In this document: one piece after another, positions 53,133 to 64,000 of the stretch
Numbering within the stretch: position 1 is the stretch's first letter
Layout: the number at the start of each line of letters is the position of its first letter
From: Octopus sinensis
Taxonomy: Eukaryota
Direction: 5' to 3'
NCBI RefSeq assembly: GCF_006345805.1
Contig: NC_043001.1
Coordinates: 55,242,001-55,306,000, forward strand
Length of the DNA stretch: 64,000 nucleotides
Made by a program: the position numbers and the translations under genes
The notes under the pieces: generated by a model
Told to the model about the DNA's origin: nothing
Database searches by the model: none
The model's input: the letters and a program-made list of their open reading frames with translations, nothing else

Positions 53133-54345
53133 CCTTGTGACTGTTTTGTCCTTTGGTTTATCTTTCTGTTATGTTTTAAAAATATGGAGGTAGAAAGCAA
53201 TGGCAGTATTGAGAAGAATGATGAATGAGATGGGAAAAAGCCTTGTATGAGAGAAAGGGGGTGGGGGAAGGGAGGAAGAGAAATAGCTAGCAATCAACTT
53301 CTAAAATGCTAGTGTGACAAGTAATCAAATGAGCAAATAAAACAGTGAAATATAAGGAAGTGGTTGGAATACAGACAGGGAGAGAAAGAGAGCCTGTGGA
53401 AATGTTAAAGTAAGAGATGAGGGAAGATGAAAGAACCAAAAGAAGTGGAGAAGAATTAGAGAGGGAACATGATAACATAGCAATAAAATAGAAGTGGTGT
53501 GGAAGCTGAGCAAATACTGGACAAAATAATATAGATAAATATATAGAGAGACAGAGGGGAGCATGAGAGAGATTTGTGCAAGTAAACAAAATGTTGGGTG
53601 GGACAAAGACATTGGAAAATGAACAGAAGAAGTAATAGCAAATTTTCATTGAGAGGTGGGAGAGAAGAATGTGTGTGTACATATATATATGTGTGTGTGT
53701 GTGTGTGCGCGTGCACACACACAAATATAATTAAATATGTGAGAATAAGGAAATAGAGAGGAGAAATGTGAGAATACGAGTAAAAATGTGAGGAATCAGC
53801 TTTCGAAATACACAACAGGTCAAAAACACCAAGTTCACAGTCACTGAGTAACTATTTATTTTCGTACTGCAGAAGAAAAGTAATGATTATTACAAGCAGA
53901 ACAAGTCAATACTTGATGTGAATTAGAGAGAAGTGGTGTAAAACTACAGTAAGATATAGAAACATAGTTTGCATATCTTGTAGTTTTGCAACTTTTTTTA
54001 ATGGTAAAATGCATAAGAATAACTGAAAGATAAAATAAAACAAAAAGTGGAGCAAAGTTTTAAGTAGACAGAAGACAGAAATAAACCCTGTCATTTTTCT
54101 ATGAATGCCATGCTAGTTAACATTAATCTTATGCTTCTCATATTTTTAATTTTTGCTGCCAGTGTCTTGGGCTCTTGAGGCCATTATAAGATTATCATTA
54201 TTATTATTGCTTTGAATATTAAATATTGGCACAAAATTATTTCATGATGAAGAAAATTATAATTAATGAAGTTCAAGTATTAGTAGTAATTATTATTTAT
54301 TATGCTACAAATTAAAATAGGAGAGAAAAAAATGTAGAATCTCAC

Positions 54346-54410
54346 CAGCCATGTTGCCAACCATCTGAGGTTCCTTTTGTGAAAGTTCTGCTGATAGAAC
54401 ATTAGCATTC
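54346..54410 (-). CDS. robo: Roundabout-family receptor, upstream 65-nt internal exon
   Basis: Acceptor ttttcttgacttttacag| and donor G|gtgag; encodes NANVLSAELSQKEPQMVGNMA. Its phase-1 end joins the 43858 exon in frame (G+CT = Ala). Confidence 0.7.
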
Positions 54411-54439
54411 CTGTAAAAGTCAAGAAAAGTCACAATTTA

Positions 54440-54830
54440 TTTACTGTGGATGCTGTTTTTGTTGTTGTCATCTTGTCAATAGTGCTGTTAGTACCATTGG
54501 TATTATTTTCTTTGTTACTGTTGTTGTTCTTGTTGTCACTGCCTTTGTCACAGTTATTGCGATTATTATTGTTGTCAATATCATCAGTAGTGTTGTTGTT
54601 GTTGCTGTTACCTTTGCAAATGTTATCATTGTCGTTGCTGTTGTTGTTGTTGTTGCTGTCACTGTTGTTGTCAATAGTACTGTCATTGTTTTGTTAATAG
54701 TGATGGTTGTCTATGGTATTGCTGCTGTTTTGTTATTGTCAATAGAGTTGTTAGTATTATTATTGGTGTTGTTGTCAATAGTGCTGTTAGTTATTATTGG
54801 TGGCTGTTTTATGATTGCTGTCACAGTTTC
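54440..54830. repeat. Degenerate (GTT)n low-complexity tract
   Basis: gttgttgctgttgtc repeats; source of the spurious poly-Leu and poly-Thr ORFs. Confidence 0.9.
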
Positions 54831-56565
54831 TCTTTATTGGTAGCGGCAGGAAGAAGAGATATTGATTTAATCTTAGATTCCAATATCAGTTGTGTATCTC
54901 GCAAGGATACTAAGCAAAGTGTCTGCTGCTGTTATTTGACATCTCCTCCAACAGAAATCTGACACTACTCTTAGACAGCGCCAGTTGTTATTATACAGTG
55001 CACAACTAGGAAAGCTGTGGTTCAAACAACAACTCACGTATGCACACACACACACACACAGATAAAATTAAAGGCTCAAATGCATCATCATATTGATTTA
55101 AAAAATTTTTATCATATACACAAGCAGGAATTGTATTCATAAGGTGAAACAGGTGGGAGTGGTGATGGAATTCATAATTGAAAGAAAAATTTATGTATAA
55201 TACACACACATACACACACTTTACTTAGATGCAAAGGTGTCAAATCTATCAGGAAGAATAAACAAGATTATTTGATGCTCATTCATGTCTTTGTTCAAAG
55301 AATATTAGTGGCATACATAAGCAAAAACTAGAGTGGTGTTGCTACAATCATAAACAAAGATTTAAGTAGGTTTTTCTTAACCAGGTGTTAACCATTATCT
55401 CACAGCATTTATAATAGTAAAAGAAAAAAAAAATGATAAAACAAAATTTTTTTTATAACATTACAGGAAATAGAAAATGAAATTTTGCAACAATTATGCT
55501 TTTCCCAGTGTTTAATTTTCAGGCTTTGCTAATCAGGAACATTTAATTGGGACATTCAGGCCTTTTATTATGACCACCACAAATACCACTCTCACTAAGT
55601 TGACGTCAAAGAATGCATCTATATGATCAGTTGACTCGTAAGAAATAGTAACCAAATTTCCTTTCTATCATATTGTCAAAAAAAGGAAAACTAATTGTGG
55701 TCATGGTTGGAATATATTTTACCATTGTTCTGCTTAAGTAGCACTGATCTGGAGCTCAATAACAGCAAGCAACTACCAAATAAAGATTTTTTTTTTCTAA
55801 TTATATAAGCTCAGGTCATTTGACTGAGGATGGAAAGAGGAGTAATGAAAGTCTGAGAAGATCATGCTTTACTTAAGGCTATGTTATTATGTGGGCCAAG
55901 TGGAGGACAGTTGCAATTATTGGTGTTTACTCTCAAGTTGAGACTAAATGAGTAGCAGACCTACACTCACAGGCAATCAAGTCATGACCTTAACCTTGAT
56001 TTCTTTTCTTCAACAACAGTATACTTCAGACTACATTATTCCTCATGTCTGGTTTAAGATAGACTTGGCTGCTATTTCAAGTAGCCAAATCTATCTTAGT
56101 AACAACTAAAAGCAAGCATTAGCAATAATCTGTGGCATTCAGGTAGCATATGGAATTTTATGTCTTTAATGTCATAATTATATAATCATAACATTTTACA
56201 AGAATTTTGTAACATAATCTCAAAGTTTGACTAATATATTTATGACTTGCTGGTGTAATATATATTTTTTACACAGCATATGATGTTTGTTAGTAGTGCT
56301 GCTAGAAAAATCCTACCCATGCCCAATGTTGGATTTAAACTTGGTAAGGTCCTAAGCTAGATACAGCTTGAAGGCCTCTTCAGAAATTACATTAGAAAAT
56401 CTCATAAAATTGAAAACATATGAACTTAAATTATTTTGAGGCCCCTGTGGATTGCAAAACTCTAATCTATAGCTTGTTTAACTTATGCAGACATCTGGTA
56501 AGACCCATGCCTGATGTAGAGGCTCACTCTTTTGCAATTACTGGCTGGGATTATGTAATGATCTG

Positions 56566-57547
56566 TTATCTTTCACTTGTTTCAGTCATTTGACTGTGGC
56601 CACACTGGGGCACCACTTTGAGGGGGCTTAGTCAAGCAAATCGACCTTAGGACTTATTTTTGCAACCCTGGTATTTATTCTATCTGTTTCTTTTGTCAAA
56701 CCACTAAGTTACAGGGATCACACCAACATCAGTTGTCAAGCAGTGGTAGGGGATGAACATAAAGTCACACATACACACACACAAATAGATACACAGATAG
56801 ATACATACATTATATATATTATATGTATATATATACAAGCTTAAAATCCAAACTCCATGTGGACTTTTAAGCTTGTGCTTATGGAGGGCTAATTGGGCCT
56901 GTGATCCAAAACTAAAGAGAAAGCTAAATAGCATGATTATAATATATCTATAATGACTATATCGTGGTGTTTAATTAGAGGTTAAGAGGGAATTAGAATT
57001 AATTTTGTAATGCAATCATTCTATTGTTCCAGTCCCAAGTTGAATTCAAACTGTTTGCCAATTTGTCCTAAAGTTCCTACCTCGATGTAAAATTATCGAA
57101 GCAAATGTTCTTTTTCTCCTTCTTGATCTCTGACATCATCTGACAAATGCCAACCAAGATGGCATGAATCAGCCAAGTTTTACCTGCTAGAAATAACAAC
57201 CCAAATGCTTTTAAATCAGATTCCAATGTTGGGTGTTCAAGAACCAAATGAAGGGCAGATTTTCAATCCTGGGGTCATCCTGATTCCAAAAAGGCATGAT
57301 ATGTCAATGTAGAGCAAATGTAGACAGAAATACAGGGGTCCCAGGCAGACAAAATTTCACTTTTATTATAATAGATATATACACACACATACAATGGGCT
57401 TCTTTCAGTTTCTGTCTACTGATTCCATTCACAACACTTCGGTTAGTCCAAGGCTATAATAGAAGACACTTGCCTAAAGTGCCATCAAGTGGGACAGAAC
57501 CAGGAACAATGTGGTCCAGAAGCAAACTTCCTACCAGACAACCACAC
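56566..57547 (-). mobile_element. SINE family A split by an insertion (tail 56566-56790, head 57395-57547)
   Basis: Both halves are on the minus strand in the correct order, with ~540 bp inserted in the internal microsatellite. Confidence 0.75.
56836..57375 (-). mobile_element. Probable non-autonomous Helitron carrying a piggyBac transposase fragment
   Basis: Minus strand reads A|TCTATTATAATAAAAG...AAGCTTG|T (A-T insertion site, no TSD) with a terminal hairpin at 56835-56876. Internal translation gives ICFDNFTS...GTGTI, like the piggyBac DNFFTS/GTIR motifs. Confidence 0.5.
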
Positions 57548-58164
57548 TTGTTTTTTCTTTTCAAACTTTGTAGTATTCTTCACAAGAATAGTTTGTAGTT
57601 TAAACAGAGATTAATCCCCAAAGAGCAGAATTAAATTCAAAGGCATTCTTCCAGTTGTGACCATACCATCTTTTTTTTTCTTTATAGATGTCTAGGACTA
57701 TCAATATGTAATGTACCCTTCTGTAATGTTTAAGATGGCAAGCTATAATTTGAGGGGAATTTGGTTGTTATTTCTAACAGGTCAAATGACTACATAGAGG
57801 CCTCTTTAATGTTTCATTCACACTTATTTTTTGCCAAGAGTTTATGTGACCTGAGTTTCAAAGCAAAATGCATAAATAAAAATAATGAAATAGAGTAGTT
57901 GATGTAATTGACACTTGATCCAAATTCATGACTTCAAACTTCTTATTTTGATTTTTTTTATGGAGATTTTCTTGGGGGAGAGGGGACATCAGAACATTTT
58001 ATATACATACAAATATAAAACCCTTTATATATGTGCATTTGTGTGTGTGTGTGTGTGTGTGTGCATATACATGCATAGATAATAATATAAATAATATATA
58101 AACATATGCATATATACATACATATATGTACATACCTACATATATATGTATATATACACATGCA

Positions 58165-58340
58165 TATATGGGTACAGGACATCAGAAAAACGTTGAATAC
58201 AATGAGAAACGAAGACATAAAAACAAGAACAGAAACGAACTTTTTTCGAACAACGAAAAAAACAGAGAAACAAGACATACAACATAAAGAATATTCCCCT
58301 TCTTCAGTTGTCCCTGTTTCATCTACTCCACATTTTGCAT
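58165..58340 (-). repeat. Interspersed repeat, possibly a Penelope terminal fragment
   Basis: CpG-containing, strand-biased segment (gggtacaggacatc...ccccttcttcagttgtccctgtttcatctactccac) between microsatellites; identity inferred only. Confidence 0.3.
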
Positions 58341-58344
58341 ATCT

Positions 58345-58658
58345 AGGATCCCCTTCAGTCATGAATGACCATGGGATTGCACCTGGAATGTTCCCTTCCA
58401 AGGCACATGTCCAGGCAAAGTTGCTTATGGAAGACCAGCAGTCACCCATGCATACCAGATTCCCCTCTCCATGCCACTGATGTTATCCAAGGTAGGCACC
58501 AGTGACATCACAATTCATTTCTACAGCTGAGTGAACTAGAACAACTTGAAATAAAAGTGTCTTGCTCAAGAACACGGCACACAGCCCTGTCTGGGAATCG
58601 AACTCACAACCTCATGATTATGAGCCCCATACTTTAACCACTGAGCTATGCACCTTCA
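58345..58658 (-). mobile_element. SINE with family C head and an alternative tail
   Basis: Head/CORE (gtgtcttgctcaagaacac...gggaatcgaactc...aaccactgagc) matches 50741, but the tail 58345-58500 differs. Confidence 0.75.
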
Positions 58659-60344
58659 CTACACACATATAAATTCATTACATACACATATAGATATATG
58701 CACAAATATTTATGTATACAAACACATACATATATACATATGTATATAAATAGATGTGCATATATATATATATATGTCAATAGATATGTGTGTGTGTATG
58801 TATGTATATATTTATATACACAAACACATACAAATATATATATATAGAGAGAGAAAACAAGAAAGATACACATATGCATACATAATCTCCATCATCATCA
58901 TCTGCTTTTCCATGCCTAATATAGGCCAGACAGAATTTACTAAGTGAAAGTTCCTATGGTATGAATGCATGCATGTGTACATGCATGCATACATACATAC
59001 ATCCATGCATGTTATAATGCATCTATAGTCTTTTTCCTTGTCATCTAATTTGTGTAAAACTGTCCAACTAACTGCTGTTACCGTAAGCATGTATTCAATT
59101 AGGCAACATCCAAATGTTCTAATTCTGAACATTCTGGACAATATGTCTGGTTACTGATAATTACAGGATTCTTCTCTAGGACAAACTATTGATAGTAGAT
59201 ATGTATCAAATAAAAGGTATGTATTAAAGTTGAATATTTGAAGGTATATATTTATTTGGTGTGTATACATTAAAAGGTAAGTATTAAAATTGAACTTGGC
59301 TCTGTTTGGTTATATCAAATGTATTCTAAATGTATTTTAACGTATTCTAAAGAGCAAGTATTATGATTGATAATATTTTGATTTTTTTTTTTTAATGCTA
59401 ATTTATATTACATAATTTAAACATCACACTGAAGAACTTGTTTGCCTGTTTGTCTAATTGTAACCATTCTATTTTTCTCTCTCTTTCTTTACCTGCTTCA
59501 TTCATATCTCCTGCAGAAACTGACATTTTTGCCAATTAATTCTGCTGTTCTGTTAAAAATAAAATATTAACAAAATTCTAAGTATGTTTTAGTCTCAGAG
59601 TCATTAAGAACAAAATATGCAACAAGTAGCTATTGTGCAATCATGAAAATTATAATTTTCACCACAGGTACAAGTAGGAACATTCTGTTGGTGGATTATG
59701 CACAATTATATCAATTCAAGGGTTTGACAGGTACTTATTTTAGTAATCCTAGAATGAAGGCTTTCTAACATAGGCACATGACCAACATTTTGAGCTGGAT
59801 AGATTGCTATCATATTTGACTCTTACTTATATTATCAACTCTGACAGTATGACAAACAAAGTCAAGCTGCACTGGCAGGATTTCAACTCAAAATGAAAAG
59901 AGAAATATAGCAAAACAATTATAATTAATTCATTAATGGTAAAAAGTTCAATAACATAGACAAATATTGGTTGGAGTTTTAATTTGCAGGCTGCAAAGCA
60001 ACCCCAACAATGCTGGTGTCATCCAATGTACATGATGTAAGTGACTGGTAATTCATTTGAGCAATGACAACACAGGACTTGAAAAAGCTCCTTCGCTTTG
60101 CTGACAGAAAGTGAACTGCTATAATGCTGGTGCCATGAAAAATGTACCCAGTACACTCTGAAATGTGGTTGGTGTTAGGAAGGGCGTCTAGCCACATAAG
60201 CCATGCAAAATATTACAACAAGACATGCACCTCTAAACGACTGAATCCTGACAAACTCTTGACCATACCAGCATAGAAAACAGAGATAAATATAATGAGG
60301 AGGATAAGAGTATATATATATATATATAAATATAAACACTAAGA

Positions 60345-60590
60345 ACACACAGAAAATAGATTATCTTGAATACACAAGAAAGCCCTACAAGTAGATAATT
60401 TCTGTTACTTAGGTGACATAATTAAAAGTGGAGGATGTCCTGAAGGTATAGTTGCAAGAATATGAACTGGCTGGAGAAAGTTCAGAGAGCTATTACATCT
60501 TTAACAAAAAGCTGCTTGCTCAGAGTGAATGGTAAATAGTATGATGCTTGTGTATGAACAACATTGCTATACAGTATTGAAATGCATAAC
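60345..60590 (+). mobile_element. RTE-like LINE RT C-terminal remnant
   Basis: Translates to VDNFCYLGDIIKSGGCPEGIVARI*TGWRKFRELL...YDACV*TTLLYSIE. Confidence 0.8.
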
Positions 60591-61369
60591 TAAGCTGTTC
60601 AGCAAAGAGACTGACAGAATAAGTACCAGACGTTTAAAGATAGGTACAAGAGTCAATTTGTTTGAGCAAAATCCTTCAAGATGGTCACTTCAGCATCAGC
60701 TGCTGTTCAATGACTGAATCAAGTAAGAGATTATGGATTAAAAAAAAGGAAAAGATATACCATAATGACTAAAATAATGATTAAAGAAGTGTACATTTAT
60801 TTTAAAAATGTCCCTGAACACTAGAATATGAAATGCATTAGTGTGGGCTTTGTCTCAGATATATGTAGATAGGTATATACAAGTGTATGTATATAAATAA
60901 AAATATACACCGAGAGAGAGAGAAGCACATGTGTACACATATTCATATATGTGCACCACTTTGTGTACATACATGTATATATGCACACATGCGTATCTAT
61001 CTACAAAGACAGACAGATATCTCTGAGACAAATCCTGTAGAAAATGTCTTTCATGTTCTCGCATATGGGAGTGTGTTAAAAATAAATGTACACATCTATA
61101 TTTTGATTCTTACTTCTTTGTGTGCATACTGTAATGTGTGTTTGTGAGTATATAAATCCTACACATGCCCACATGAATGTACATATGCACATATAGACAC
61201 ACACACCTATATGTGTATATATATATATATATATACACACATTCATACATGTATGTGTGTGCGTATGCGAAAATTTACTTTAGACAAGGACAAGTGCTTT
61301 AAGTTTTCTTTAACTCTCTTCAGAGGTTATATTAATATTACAAAAATATTAGAGTATTTATATTAATGG

Positions 61370-61404
<35 letters not shown>

Positions 61405-63689
61405 ACAAAAACATAAATAAAATCATTGCTTACAGAAAGAATATTAAATGAATACATCTAATAAGTTTCCTTACTTTATCATGTAAGGGAAGTCAAATAT
61501 TGATTTTTATAAGACGAAATAAATATCTGGTAAGACTGCAATGAAAGGAAGTTATTATGAACTGATGCCAGAGAGAAAGGATAAAATATTGAGAGAGTGG
61601 AGAAAGATAGCCAGCATGTCATATGACTTAAATGATGGTTAGAATATCCAAACAGTTGTTAGAGGTAAATAATGAAATCTAATATTTAATAAATAATTAT
61701 TTACAACCAATATATATATATATTATAGATTTATACTAAAAACAAAGAATAAATAGATATGGGTGTGTTTGGGAACTAACTCATACTTATTACCATGAAC
61801 AATTAATACTCAAATTTTACATCAATTAAAAATACCTAAATAAAGATTGACATCCAGGACTAAACTGATATTTTCTGTACACATGTCAGTCAATAGGTCA
61901 TTAAAAAAAATCAATTTATATAGTGAATAATAAATATAGTTTAGAAATAGGGTTATTCTATGTTATTCAGGGCATCCTAAAAAACATATCCTATGATATA
62001 AAGTTGCAATGTTAAAATTGTATCCCAGGAAGTTGGCTATTACATAGTGTGATTTTAATAGTTTAGAACTACTTTTCATATATGAGACCATTCTGACAGT
62101 GACTCAGCTGAAATTACAGATCTCATTTGGTTTTACTTAATAATTAAAAGAAAAAAAGAAAATTTTCTTATGATTCAGAGAGTGGCTATATCAGAATGAT
62201 GGATCACTAACACAAAGCATTTACTATATATATAAACTACAGATAAAGTCAGAAAGGACTTTCACCCTTTCTTCAAAAGCCTAGGCTTAACTATTATTGT
62301 TGAAGTTGATGTATAATAGAGAAGTTCCTTGAAATAATTCAAATAATAATCTCTATTGCCTCTGTCTTAACCCTTACAAATCATTAAACTGCAATAACAA
62401 ATTGCCAGCTAACACAAAACTGTTGCTGAAAACTTAGTTAAGAAAATATCTTTTAGAATCCATAACATTTCTGCAAATGAGAATTAACATTCTTTGTATT
62501 ATAATGAAGGTTTATATGGTTTAAGGATAATCTATCTTGTATTCCACCTTAGAATAATAGAAACACATTCAGAAATTGTTTGTATAATTCTTCTAATTCA
62601 GAAACAGCTACCCCAATAGCCAAGAAATTTTTCTTTACTTAATAAGCCTTTTCCCTCTCAGCATCAATGCTATAAAACTACCCTGCTCTACTATACTGAA
62701 TGTAACACAAAACATAACTTCTTCTGATGTAGCTAAATTCATCAGAGTAATAGTTAATGTAAATGTGTACTTTTATGAATGTGTATGATGTATTTATCTG
62801 TACAACTGACTAAATTTAATCTGTTTTGGTTAAACATTGAATTGACAATCAAGAACCATTTTTGAACTACTAAACTTTTTATAAAGCATCATCTAACAGT
62901 CAACTTCTTGAGATATATTTTTAACATTGCAATTTGTCCAAGGAAAATATAATTTGCTTTTCTTTTTTGGTTAAAAAAATATCTATTTGCACTGCAAAAA
63001 TGTCCTTAACATTTCCTTGTTAATATGTATTTGCTAGATATAAATAAGTATTAAATAACACTACTTATGCTCTGAATAACAGATCAATAACTGATAGTCA
63101 TTTTTAGCTATATTATTACTCCCTGCTTCAGTCAATTTTGCTAGTACTAGATCTAGTAAAAATAGTGCAGTACTTACTATGATACTAGAATTAAATCTTT
63201 ATCTAGGTACTTTTAATTAATACAGATCTTGACTATTATTAATTCATGGACAGGTAATAAATATATACAACTTTCTAACATATTTCTAATTATATCTTAT
63301 TTGTAATGAAAATCAATATCATAGATATACTGACGGTAAATGATTGAATATTGAAACTTATTTAAATCTTTAACTACACCTTTATGGTTTAGATCTTTAC
63401 ATCTTCAACCATTGCTTAAGTCACAACAGAGGCTAAGTTATCTTTCTTCACCCATTCCCTCTTCTCTATATTTTATCTATTGTTTCTATCATCCTTTCAA
63501 AATACTCACATAAAAATAATATTTCCTTTCCTTTTTATGGTAACAAAAGGTAACATATTATACATATAAGTTACTTTTGTAGGTAATGTTTGCATTTTTA
63601 TTTTTGCTTGAATTCTTTAATTGTTGTCTCTTAAAATACTGATTGATGTAAAAATTGTTTACGATGGGTAATATTTTTATAACATTAAC

Positions 63690-64000
63690 AGAGAGGGCTG
63701 AAAAGTTCATAAACTGACTATGAAGGAGTGATGCTAGAGCTGTGAAATATTGCATGTATTAATTTCATATTTTCTTATTCATAACTGCATTGTTTCTTTC
63801 TAAGTACACTGACATCTCACTGTTCAAAGAACACTTCAAATGTAACTAGAAGTGACTTCTCTTCAAAAAGGGCAAAATATGGCATCATGGTGTTGTTAAG
63901 TACCTGTAGAAAATGGGTTATCCCCAAGGACATTTGTGCTGACATGGTTGATACATAAGGGGATGATGCTCCATCTTTGTCAGCAGTGTAAAAGTGGGCA
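63690..64000 (+). mobile_element. mariner element 5' end, running off the window
   Basis: TIR-like gagggctgaaaagttcat, then decayed N-terminus GKIWHHGVVKYL...SPKDICADMVDT*GDDAPSLSAV*KWA (mariner HTH region). Confidence 0.75.

Noticed and set aside
54446-54697. Poly-Leu membrane-like ORF and poly-Thr mucin-like ORF
   Set aside because: Both derive from the (GTT)n low-complexity tract.
57077-57205. Minus-strand frame WLIHAILVGICQMMSEIKKEKKNICFDNFTSR with a phase-2 donor, as a candidate Robo transmembrane exon
   Set aside because: The hydrophobic stretch is too short, the 5' part is a repeat, and FDNFTS...GTGTI fits a piggyBac transposase remnant better.

Overview
AT-rich, microsatellite-dense eukaryotic DNA. 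The tRNA/CORE-type SINE families and (TA)n/(CA)n load are typical of an Octopus (coleoid cephalopod) genome; this species call is inferred from repeat recognition. Most ORFs in the supplied track are microsatellite artefacts (YIYI/CVCV). The only host coding sequence I can support is two phase-compatible minus-strand exons (54346-54410 and 43659-43858) encoding the cytoplasmic CC0/CC1 region of a Roundabout (Robo) receptor (MKTF...APYATTTLI), so most of the window is probably Robo intron. The rest is mobile DNA: a decayed Neptune-type Penelope retroelement with an inverted terminal duplication and an upstream hammerhead-ribozyme motif, a second Penelope fragment folded into a large palindrome, RTE and RLE-type LINE remnants, many SINEs, Tc1/mariner, pogo, hAT and piggyBac MITEs, and a probable Helitron carrying a piggyBac fragment. 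A recurring theme is fold-back architecture, including a mariner built from two 5' ends and a DD41D element built from two 3' ends. I found no convincing novel multi-gene system; the best leads are these palindromic elements, the ribozyme and possible Robo isoforms.
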